DNA of 52,529 bases from a virus (taxonomy: Duplodnaviria; Caudoviricetes). Of the stretch, positions 8,459-16,378 are shown one piece after another; the first letter of the stretch is position 1, and every line of letters starts with the position of its first letter. The notes beneath the pieces are model-generated. The model saw nothing but the letters and a program-made list of their open reading frames with translations, searched no databases and was not told where the DNA came from. The stretch covers positions 1 through 52,529 of the IMG/VR virus record IMGVR_UViG_3300032342_000011; one strand, written 5' to 3'. A program made the position numbers and the translations under genes.

Positions 8459-9488
8459 TGTTACTCCATATTAGGTCTTGTATGTCCATTAGCAAGTGAG
8501 CTACAAACTTAAGATCCACTGACCGTTGCAATTTTGTTTCTGTATATGCTTGTTTGATTTTTGCATCCATTTCTTCAGAGTACTCAATCAGTTCTTCATA
8601 TGACCACTTTCCGTTGCGAATATCGAGAAGTTCTTTTGCATCATGTCTTCGAACAAACATTTGATGCTGAGTGAGTCCTTCATATCCCATTCTCATTAGA
8701 CGAACAAGATGCATAGCGTGTTTTGTATCATACCCAAATCGTTCTTCGAGTTCTGAACGTGCCTGATTACGATTTTCTTTCCATATCCAATAGTTCTTCC
8801 AGTTTTCATGAGCTTCTTTGAACAATTGCAGATTAACTTTAGCAACCATTAGTGGGGTTTGTTCTGATTCCCAATGTGCAAAAAATTCATTTGTTAAAGG
8901 AGTTGGATTTCCACGTTTATCTAACCATGTTTCACCCTTCCATGGATATACCACATAGTGATTATCGCCAATATCTCTTGCAACAGTGTTTTCCGTTGGT
9001 ACAATCTTATTGAATTCCTTTTTGTCAGTCATATTGAAGACGACAGATGTAAAATCTTTTTGTTGTGGTTCTTCAATAGGTTGAGGATTCATTATCCACT
9101 TATTATGTCCCTTGATCCTTTTCAGTTGTGAAACGGCATAGCCGGAAAATGTATATGCTAGTTTAGATGAAAGTAGTCTATCGCGACTGTTTCTTAACAT
9201 TTCATATGCTGGAGTTCTTATAGTGATGTCACTATCATTGACCCATAATGTTTCAATAATATTTGGATTTTGGTCTATAATAAGTTTGAGAAAGTTTGAC
9301 ACCTCATAGTATTTCGTGTCCTCCCCCTCACCTTCCACTTCACGAACCGGAAAGAATGGTGTTCTAATATTAATTGGTTGAGCAACAAATACTCCACGTA
9401 TGTCTAGGTCTGAAGTAGGTAGAGCTGTACCATAAGCATGGCTACCAGCTCTATGTTCAACAATTATGTTTTGTATATTGTACGTCAT
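8448..9488 (-). CDS. Pol-beta-family nucleotidyltransferase (RlaP/YcgL-like)
   Basis: GSHAYG..SDLDIRGVF (GS...DxD), NPNIIE, and GYDTKHAMHLVRL. Confidence 0.9.
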   Translation of the reverse strand: MTYNIQNIIVEHRAGSHAYGTALPTSDLDIRGVFVAQPINIRTPFFPVREVEGEGEDTKYYEVSNFLKLIIDQNPNIIETLWVNDSDITIRTPAYEMLRNSRDRLLSSKLAYTFSGYAVSQLKRIKGHNKWIMNPQPIEEPQQKDFTSVVFNMTDKKEFNKIVPTENTVARDIGDNHYVVYPWKGETWLDKRGNPTPLTNEFFAHWESEQTPLMVAKVNLQLFKEAHENWKNYWIWKENRNQARSELEERFGYDTKHAMHLVRLMRMGYEGLTQHQMFVRRHDAKELLDIRNGKWSYEELIEYSEEMDAKIKQAYTETKLQRSVDLKFVAHLLMDIQDLIWSNNES

Positions 9489-9760
9489 GGTCCTAGTGAA
9501 TAGTATTCATAGTGCTTATTCATTGTTTTCTCTGCAGCCTTAGCTGCAGATTCAAGATCGATATATGTTGAATCCGTGAAATAGTCTGATTTTAGGTTGT
9601 ATTGTAGGTCACCATACGGACGGATTGTTGTTAATCCTTCACTGTCCGTTATTAGTTTAAGTAGCACTTTGCCATTTGAATCCACAGCGTGCATGGAGCT
9701 ACCTCTATACACCCACTTCCAACGTTCGTTTTGTTTCCCACATTCCAAATCAAGTACCAT
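9485..9760 (-). CDS. Hypothetical protein
   Basis: TAATG overlap with uvsX, ATGA overlap with the next gene, GGAGG RBS. Confidence 0.7.
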   Translation of the reverse strand: MVLDLECGKQNERWKWVYRGSSMHAVDSNGKVLLKLITDSEGLTTIRPYGDLQYNLKSDYFTDSTYIDLESAAKAAEKTMNKHYEYYSLGP

Positions 9761-10848
9761 TATACCACCTCCACTTCTGCTGCATCGGCTCGTCTTCCCT
9801 TCAACTCACCAGGAATGTTTTGTTGTGGATCAATTTCTTTATCATCAACAGGAACACTAATAAATTTCTTAGATAGTGCTTCAGCCTTGAGAAGTAGGTC
9901 ATCAACATACTTAGGGAGGTCCCTTTCGTAGAACGTATCGGAAGAACCTGGTAGTGCAAGACGAGAACCTCGTTTCTCAATCACACCAAGACTAATGAAT
10001 GCATCTTTGAGACCAGATAATGGATCAATGCCTTTATCATATGGAATTTCAATCTCAACTGTCTGATATGGTTTTGTGAATCGTGTCTTGAATCCTTCAG
10101 CAATCATTCTGATACCAGAAACGTCCTTATTTTCGTCCTTAAGTTTTAGTTTCTTCAAAAGAACGATTTGTGACAATGCGTATCTAATTGCCTGATTGAC
10201 GACCCATACACCTTCGCCTTGTAGGATTTGTGCTTGTGTTGCTGCATATACTTGACCAGTGATAACCATCGAAACGTTTAGACCCTTGATATTCTGTACA
10301 AACTGACGTAGCATCATCTTTGCCTGTTTTGCACGAAGCCCTTGATCGGCTGACATATCGCCTTTTTGGAAATGCTCAAGTTCAGATTCTGTTGATAACA
10401 TATCTAAGCTGTCAAGAGCGATTAAAACTCTTGGAGCTTTCAGATCTGTACCATACTCGTCTCTGTATCCTTTAAGGAATGTTGAGACAGCCTTAATGGC
10501 GTTTGGAATTGTTGTTACAGACTTGTAGATATAATCTTTATCAACTTTAACCCCAACGTTGCCCATGTAGTCATTATCAAGTGCGTTTTCCGAATCAAGT
10601 ACGAACGCCCAGTCACTTTGTTGTTGTACCATCTTGACAATGTTACCAGTTAGATAACTCTTACCTGTTCCCGATGGTCCAACAAGTCCTGTAATACGTC
10701 CTTGTGGAATTGCTTTGTAGAAACTTCCAGAAACAATTCTGTTGAGACAGTAGTTTCCTGAATTATACCAATAACGAGGAGGTTCTGACGAATCTCCAAT
10801 ACCGGTTTCATCTTTTAGTTCCTTTTCAAACTGTTTTAGAAATTGCAT
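9760..10848 (-). CDS. uvsX: UvsX/RecA-like recombinase
   Basis: GRITGLVGPSGTGKS Walker A, LDSENA, IALDSL, D.GLRAK, KTRF. Confidence 0.95.
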   Translation of the reverse strand: MQFLKQFEKELKDETGIGDSSEPPRYWYNSGNYCLNRIVSGSFYKAIPQGRITGLVGPSGTGKSYLTGNIVKMVQQQSDWAFVLDSENALDNDYMGNVGVKVDKDYIYKSVTTIPNAIKAVSTFLKGYRDEYGTDLKAPRVLIALDSLDMLSTESELEHFQKGDMSADQGLRAKQAKMMLRQFVQNIKGLNVSMVITGQVYAATQAQILQGEGVWVVNQAIRYALSQIVLLKKLKLKDENKDVSGIRMIAEGFKTRFTKPYQTVEIEIPYDKGIDPLSGLKDAFISLGVIEKRGSRLALPGSSDTFYERDLPKYVDDLLLKAEALSKKFISVPVDDKEIDPQQNIPGELKGRRADAAEVEVV

Positions 10849-10863
10849 AACATTCTCCTAGAC

Positions 10864-10897
10864 GAGGGATGTGCCTTCAAATAAAAACACATCCCTC
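10864..10897. promoter_or_regulatory. Intergenic stem-loop between ssb and uvsX
   Basis: GAGGGATGTG (10864-10873) pairs with CACATCCCTC (10888-10897) around a 14-nt loop. No U-tract follows on the minus strand. Confidence 0.6.
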
Positions 10898-10903
10898 TAT
10901 TGG

Positions 10904-11782
10904 TTACTTACCAGCTGTGGCGCGCTCACTTGCACGTTTACGAATTTGTGCGAGAATGTTAACAGACTCGTCATCTTCACCTTTTGCTGTTTCAGTTGCT
11001 GCTTGCTTAGGAGTTGTTACAACAGTTGTCGAATGATCGCTATCATCGCTGCCACCTGCTGTTGGTGCAACATAAGGCGTTCCCTTAAGTGCTGCCTCCA
11101 ACATTTGCTCAACCTTTTCACGACCAGGATGCTTTGGTAGAAGTGTTGATAGATCAACAAGACCACTTCCTACATGCTCAACCGTTACTGGATCAAGAGC
11201 AGATGAGTTCTTAGCGAACTTACTACGATCATATGCTGCATACCCACCCTTCTCTGTCTTTTTGATAATGAAGTTTGTTCCAGCAGTGTAGGAAAATGGT
11301 AGATCATCAAGATCGCCTTCTTCGAAAGCGTCCTTAATTACATCATACAGCTGGTTACCGATTGCAACAAACCTTGTTTTTCCTTCGTGGCTCTCACCTG
11401 TATCTGCATTTGCAGGAAGTGGATCCTCAAGAACGAGAACGTGGCCAATATACTGCTTTTTACGGTAGTACAGTTTGCCATTTTCCTTGTCATCATTCTT
11501 GTAGAAAGCAGACGAAACTTTACAGATTGGACATTCTTCGCCATACATTTTCAGACATGGAACAGATTTACGCTCACCGTTGATTACTAATGTGTGCATT
11601 AGTTTCTCAACGAGAAACCCTAGAGGATTATCGTCGTTCTTATCTGCTAGCCAACGGACGATAGACTGCTCGCCAACTTGCATGTTATAGAATGGGTAGT
11701 AGTTGTTTTGACCGACAGTGTTTGTCTCACCAGTCTTTTTGAAAGCACTTCTCAGTGCATTGATATCGATTTTAGTTGCCAT
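10904..11782 (-). CDS. Single-stranded DNA-binding protein (T4 gp32-like)
   Basis: IVRWL, zinc site H...CLKMYGEECPIC, GTNFIIKK, YDRSKF, and an acidic tail. AAGGA RBS. Confidence 0.9.
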   Translation of the reverse strand: MATKIDINALRSAFKKTGETNTVGQNNYYPFYNMQVGEQSIVRWLADKNDDNPLGFLVEKLMHTLVINGERKSVPCLKMYGEECPICKVSSAFYKNDDKENGKLYYRKKQYIGHVLVLEDPLPANADTGESHEGKTRFVAIGNQLYDVIKDAFEEGDLDDLPFSYTAGTNFIIKKTEKGGYAAYDRSKFAKNSSALDPVTVEHVGSGLVDLSTLLPKHPGREKVEQMLEAALKGTPYVAPTAGGSDDSDHSTTVVTTPKQAATETAKGEDDESVNILAQIRKRASERATAGK

Positions 11783-11827
11783 ATTACGTCCTTTCTCTTT
11801 TAATTGTTGTTTTGTTGTTTGAACGCT

Positions 11828-11875
11828 TTAGAGGTTGCGATTTGCATTATTTTAAGTTGGGCCCTCTAACCAACT
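11828..11875 (-). promoter_or_regulatory. Candidate H-type pseudoknot in the ssb leader (gene-32-type translational operator)
   Basis: Minus strand AGTTGG/CCAACT stem 1 and TTAGAGG/CCTCTAA stem 2 are interleaved, followed by an unstructured CAA-rich tract up to the RBS. Confidence 0.65.
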
Positions 11876-11939
11876 GAAGTTTTATTTTATAGCGTAACTT
11901 TATACTAAAACGCTAGTACCTTTCAACGGGTAACAATAG

Positions 11940-11946
11940 TATTTAT
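11940..11946 (-). promoter_or_regulatory. T4-like late promoter ATAAATA upstream of ssb, with a sigma70-like TTGAAA/TATAAA just downstream
   Basis: Motif seen in the intergenic DNA. It matches the recurring motif upstream of many genes here. Confidence 0.55.
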
Positions 11947-11978
11947 GGTTACCCTAAATAGTTTCCCTTATAAATCGC

Positions 11979-12932
11979 TTACCATGTATTAGATACTTCA
12001 AATAGTACCCAACCATCTAACCAGGCTGCAGTTGTTGTTGATATTCTAGATGCCAACAAAGTCTTTCCGCCAACAACAAATTGTATATCATCTCCAAACA
12101 ATGCATTTCCCATTCCAGCCAATATGTAAATTCCTGGCAATGTACCTCTCCAATATGCATTTGCTCCTGGTTTCTCCGCAATTTCTAAAGTTGAGAAGAA
12201 CATCTTTCCATCTGGGACATGTGGGTTGGTGAATACAGTTGTATTACTTAATTTCCCACCTGAAACCTTATCACTTTCGAATGGAACTAGTCGTATCGCT
12301 TGAGAAGTTCCTGTTTGATCTTGTTGTCTGGCAATGAATATCGCACCTGCCGCTGCGGGTGTCACAGTAGGAATTGTCGATTCAATTGCGGTCTGTAAAT
12401 AAGAACCAACATATGTTGCTCCTAGACTTCCCAGTATAATCGTGTTAAACGCATCTCCAGATTTCTTGGAAGGTACATCACCAAATCCAGATACGACGAA
12501 TCCTGTACCACTTGTGGTATTTGTTTGTGCTCGAACCCAAAGCCACATAAATGTATCTGTTACTACCATTCTCCAGGCACCGCCAGTACCAGCAACAGTC
12601 ATATTCTTATGCCACAATATATAGCCAGCACTTCCTTGTCCTTGTGCGGCAGACGGAAATGGATTTGTTCCAACATCGACGGTTGTCATTGATTCATACG
12701 CAGTAACTCGTGCTGATCCACCCACTGGTGCATCTAATCCAGAATCATCAACTCGTAGATAGAACTGATTACCAGATGGTGGACGATAAACTGCTTTGTT
12801 TGCACCACTATATGGTTTAGTCCAGCCAGATCCAGTGACCAAAGCGAAATCAAGAACGCTAATTAATGTTCCTGCGCTTCCTCCAAGTTGAGGAGCACCT
12901 CCATCGGCAAATGTGTATACTGCTACGCTCAT
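11979..12932 (-). CDS. Putative virion fibre/tip protein, paralogue 4
   Basis: Shares DGGAPxL.G..G.LI.VLD, GWTK, YLRVDD, NPFP, RGTLPG and the EVSNTW terminus with three neighbours. Confidence 0.75.
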   Translation of the reverse strand: MSVAVYTFADGGAPQLGGSAGTLISVLDFALVTGSGWTKPYSGANKAVYRPPSGNQFYLRVDDSGLDAPVGGSARVTAYESMTTVDVGTNPFPSAAQGQGSAGYILWHKNMTVAGTGGAWRMVVTDTFMWLWVRAQTNTTSGTGFVVSGFGDVPSKKSGDAFNTIILGSLGATYVGSYLQTAIESTIPTVTPAAAGAIFIARQQDQTGTSQAIRLVPFESDKVSGGKLSNTTVFTNPHVPDGKMFFSTLEIAEKPGANAYWRGTLPGIYILAGMGNALFGDDIQFVVGGKTLLASRISTTTAAWLDGWVLFEVSNTW

Positions 12933-13087
12933 ATTGGCAACGCTTTATTGTAAGTGGTTGAGTTCAATGTAAGTACAACTGTTGGACCTGATTGATAGAC
13001 CCAATAAGATGGTGGCAATGGAAGTTTCAAAGTGTAATAGAAATTACCTGGTGGTTTCAATGTTGCTATTGCGCCAAGTGCTGACAT
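12929..13087 (-). CDS. 52-aa small protein (not in the ORF track)
   Basis: AAGGAG RBS. Sequence MSALGAIATLKPPGNFYYTLKLPLPPSYWVYQSGPTVVLTLNSTTYNKALPI. Its stop overlaps the next start (ATGA) and it fills the gap. Confidence 0.75.
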   Translation of the reverse strand: MSALGAIATLKPPGNFYYTLKLPLPPSYWVYQSGPTVVLTLNSTTYNKALPI

Positions 13088-13096
13088 TATTTCTCC

Positions 13097-14092
13097 TTAA
13101 TCCCCAAACATTAAAAAGTAACTACTTTGTTGTGCGTTGAGTATTCCATCTATGTTATATTCGACAGCAAACCCCTGCTCGAGACCAAAAGCAGATCGTG
13201 TATCCAAATATATGTATTTCTTTCCTGCTTGCGTGCCACCTGTGTAATCAAATTGAAATTTGGTTCCATGTGCAAGTGGAGTAAAGTTTAGTGCTGCTAG
13301 TGATCCTGGTAAGTAACCCCTTAATATCCTAGTCGGCGTTGGTTGCACTAACCAGAATGGAGTGAAAGTAATTCCACCAGTTATTCTATCTGGCGTTGAA
13401 GGACCAACAAATGTACTATCTCCACCACTTATGCCGGCACTAGCAATCAGGTATGCATAATGTTTGCTTACTGTTTGAGAAGTCCCACCAGCATATGGTT
13501 GTGACATCCAATGTCCAGAAGACACTGTGGCATTATTAACCGTATCGTTAGCGGCTGTGATATTTGAACCACCACTTGTCAATGATACTTGGTTTGCAAT
13601 TATTGCCGTATTACCAAGTCCACCACCTAAACTGACTATATCTCCAAAGAAGAAAGCAGTGCCCGATTGACTTGTATTCGTTGGTAATGTTAATTGGTTC
13701 CAGAAATAGAAATATGTACTTGAACCAATAACAATCCACTGTCTTGCAGTTGCCGCCGTTGCTCCATCAGTCTTATTAGCAAATGCACCTGCTGCAATCT
13801 GTGCGACACTCGGAAACGGATTTGTTCCAGTGTTGACATCAGACATTGTATCAAATCCTTTAATTCTAGCCAAAGTCGTTGCACTATCATCAATCCTTAG
13901 ATATCTTGTGCTACCAGATGGCATCTGATATGCAGCCAAATCAGCCCCAGAGAATGCCTTAGTCCAGCCAAGTGATGTTCTTGATCCATACCCATTAACT
14001 AGGCACGCATCAAGTACGCCAATCATAGCACTGGCTGTTCCATTGAGAACTGGTGCTCCAGTGTCGGTTGAACTATAAAGTTGTATTGACAT
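13097..14092 (-). CDS. Putative virion fibre/tip protein, paralogue 3
   Basis: Same family motifs, with a divergent C-terminus (..FLMFGD). Confidence 0.75.
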   Translation of the reverse strand: MSIQLYSSTDTGAPVLNGTASAMIGVLDACLVNGYGSRTSLGWTKAFSGADLAAYQMPSGSTRYLRIDDSATTLARIKGFDTMSDVNTGTNPFPSVAQIAAGAFANKTDGATAATARQWIVIGSSTYFYFWNQLTLPTNTSQSGTAFFFGDIVSLGGGLGNTAIIANQVSLTSGGSNITAANDTVNNATVSSGHWMSQPYAGGTSQTVSKHYAYLIASAGISGGDSTFVGPSTPDRITGGITFTPFWLVQPTPTRILRGYLPGSLAALNFTPLAHGTKFQFDYTGGTQAGKKYIYLDTRSAFGLEQGFAVEYNIDGILNAQQSSYFLMFGD

Positions 14093-14116
14093 TTACCATG
14101 TATCCATGTTACTTCG

Positions 14117-15385
14117 TTACCAGGTGCTCGAAGTTTCTAATGCAACTAATGATGTATTGTTTAGATTGAAGAATTCAAATGATTTACCAGCAAGGTCACC
14201 AGTTCCAGTGAATGTATCACCCTTGGCGAAATTCACAAATGCAGACGATTCTGTCGACCACGCTCCTGGCAATGTCCCTCTAATTGACGAATATCTAGAT
14301 CCATCAGAAACATTATACTGGTCTAACAGGAAGATTGGACTCAGGAACAAATGTGATGTTGCTGGATCTGGATATGATAATCCAAATGTAGCCGAATTGC
14401 CGACACTAAGGGCGTTAATTCCATCAACACCACAATCTTTGGCTCGTGATGGTGACATTGGGTTGTAGTCAAAGAAAGATGATGATGGGATACTGATTGC
14501 TGAATCAGGAAATTGAGTTGTATTGGTTACATTATTAAATTCAGGGTTGATTAGAAATGCACCTGATGTAGCAACTGTTCCAATTAAGATACAATTGTTC
14601 GTATCTCCTAGTTTGTCCGATTCGAAATCTCCAAAGTAATGTACCATAGTCAAAGTAGTAGCACTTCCCCACGCAACGTACATATAGAATGCTTTATCTG
14701 TTGCTATAATAGTCCAAGGTACAAATGCGACACTCTGCGTATATGAGACAGTAACCCCGACTCCAGGTGCAGCAGTTGGTAATGATACAGTTGCGGTAAA
14801 TGGATCAATAAATGAAAGAACAGTACCAGTTGGAGCACAGAATGGACAAGTTAATGTCGTTCCTGCCATTAGCACACCTTCAATCCGTGTCGTGCTCACT
14901 ATAGTTGTGCTCGCAGCCCCATAAGATGCTGTAAATGATCCTGATTGAGAGAAAGTACCAGTAACTGCAGTTGCTGCTTTCCTAAAGTATATGCTCGTAT
15001 TGTTCCCAATAAGTCCAGGTGAGAACTGATTATTATTAACTGGTACATAATTCTTCACATTCGGGAATGGATTAGTACCACTTGTATAACTTGACATTGA
15101 TTTGTAACCAGTAACTATAGCAGCGTTTCCAGTTGAATTATTCCCAGATGTGGGTGGAGGAAGAGAATGAAATTCATCATCTACCTTTAGATAATATTGG
15201 TTACCTCCTCCTTGACGATACACGGCTCCTACGAAGCCATATGGTACATTACCATCGGCTTTGAAAAACGGCCTTGTCCAACCTGAACTTAATAGGCAGT
15301 AATCAAGAACTTCAATTAAACTACCTGGTTGGCTAGATAATTTAGGTGCTCCGCCGTCCGTTGATCTATAAACTGTAGTTGTCAT
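14117..15385 (-). CDS. Putative virion fibre/tip protein, paralogue 2 (with an ~80-aa beta-rich insertion)
   Basis: Family motifs, ends ETSSTW. Confidence 0.75.
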   Translation of the reverse strand: MTTTVYRSTDGGAPKLSSQPGSLIEVLDYCLLSSGWTRPFFKADGNVPYGFVGAVYRQGGGNQYYLKVDDEFHSLPPPTSGNNSTGNAAIVTGYKSMSSYTSGTNPFPNVKNYVPVNNNQFSPGLIGNNTSIYFRKAATAVTGTFSQSGSFTASYGAASTTIVSTTRIEGVLMAGTTLTCPFCAPTGTVLSFIDPFTATVSLPTAAPGVGVTVSYTQSVAFVPWTIIATDKAFYMYVAWGSATTLTMVHYFGDFESDKLGDTNNCILIGTVATSGAFLINPEFNNVTNTTQFPDSAISIPSSSFFDYNPMSPSRAKDCGVDGINALSVGNSATFGLSYPDPATSHLFLSPIFLLDQYNVSDGSRYSSIRGTLPGAWSTESSAFVNFAKGDTFTGTGDLAGKSFEFFNLNNTSLVALETSSTW

Positions 15386-15388
15386 ATA

Positions 15389-16363
15389 TTACCATGTATT
15401 AGATGTTTCGAAAAGAATCCATTTCTTTGTTAGAGCACCTTGACCAACTGGCCTAGCTTCAAATGTCTTCCCAGGCAAATTGGTTATTCCTGTAATTGTT
15501 TGTCCTGCAGTTAAGAAAGTATTTCCATTATGGCAAGGAACTACCATTCCTGGTAATGTCCCTCTGCTGTATCCGTGACTAACCGTATTGTCTGTTCTAG
15601 CAAACTTTGGTGCTTCACTAATATTGATCTTTGTTACATACAATTTGTCATCTGGCGTGTTTGAATACACTAATCCACCATCGCCATAATTGGTGCTACT
15701 TAAAAAATATGATTCCGCAATTAATCCATTTGGACAAGGTCCAGGTAATTGTAACAAGTTTCTTAAACTATATGCAACTGTAGTTCCTACATATGAAGTG
15801 CTTAAAGTCAAATTAGTAGAGTCTGGCGTGCTTGTTGTAGGTTGTCCAGTTATAATTGTATTATACCTGTCATTTGGCATTGACGAAACAAAGTCACCAA
15901 AGAATTGATTGTGAAATGTAACTCCTCCAGAATCAATTGTTCGTATATAAAGCCAGAAAAAACTTGCAGTAGCTATTACAATCCATGGCCTAGCGGTTCC
16001 AGGAGTTGTGTTACTCTTTAACCAAAACAGATATGGATTTCCACTGGCACCAAGCGGGAAATTGGGGAATGGTTCAACTAAAGTGTTTATATCTATAAAT
16101 CTTAAACAACCAGTCACTCTTGCGTTCTGACCGGCAGTTGCATCAGCTCCAGAATCATCTACTTTTAGAAATCTTTGGTTTGTATATGCACCTTGCCTAT
16201 AAATTCGTTTGTTAGTAGCTGTGGCTGCAATTGACCATCCAGCAGCAGGCAGTGCACCGAATCCGTTGACTAGGCACGCATCTAATACGGCGACTAAAGA
16301 ACCAGCTGAGCCATTTAAGGTTGGAGCTGAGCCATCTGTTGAACGATAGACTGTTACAGTCAT
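15389..16363 (-). CDS. Putative virion fibre/tip protein, paralogue 1
   Basis: Family motifs, ends ETSNTW. Confidence 0.75.
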   Translation of the reverse strand: MTVTVYRSTDGSAPTLNGSAGSLVAVLDACLVNGFGALPAAGWSIAATATNKRIYRQGAYTNQRFLKVDDSGADATAGQNARVTGCLRFIDINTLVEPFPNFPLGASGNPYLFWLKSNTTPGTARPWIVIATASFFWLYIRTIDSGGVTFHNQFFGDFVSSMPNDRYNTIITGQPTTSTPDSTNLTLSTSYVGTTVAYSLRNLLQLPGPCPNGLIAESYFLSSTNYGDGGLVYSNTPDDKLYVTKINISEAPKFARTDNTVSHGYSRGTLPGMVVPCHNGNTFLTAGQTITGITNLPGKTFEARPVGQGALTKKWILFETSNTW

Positions 16364-16378
16364 GGTAATGCACTCATA

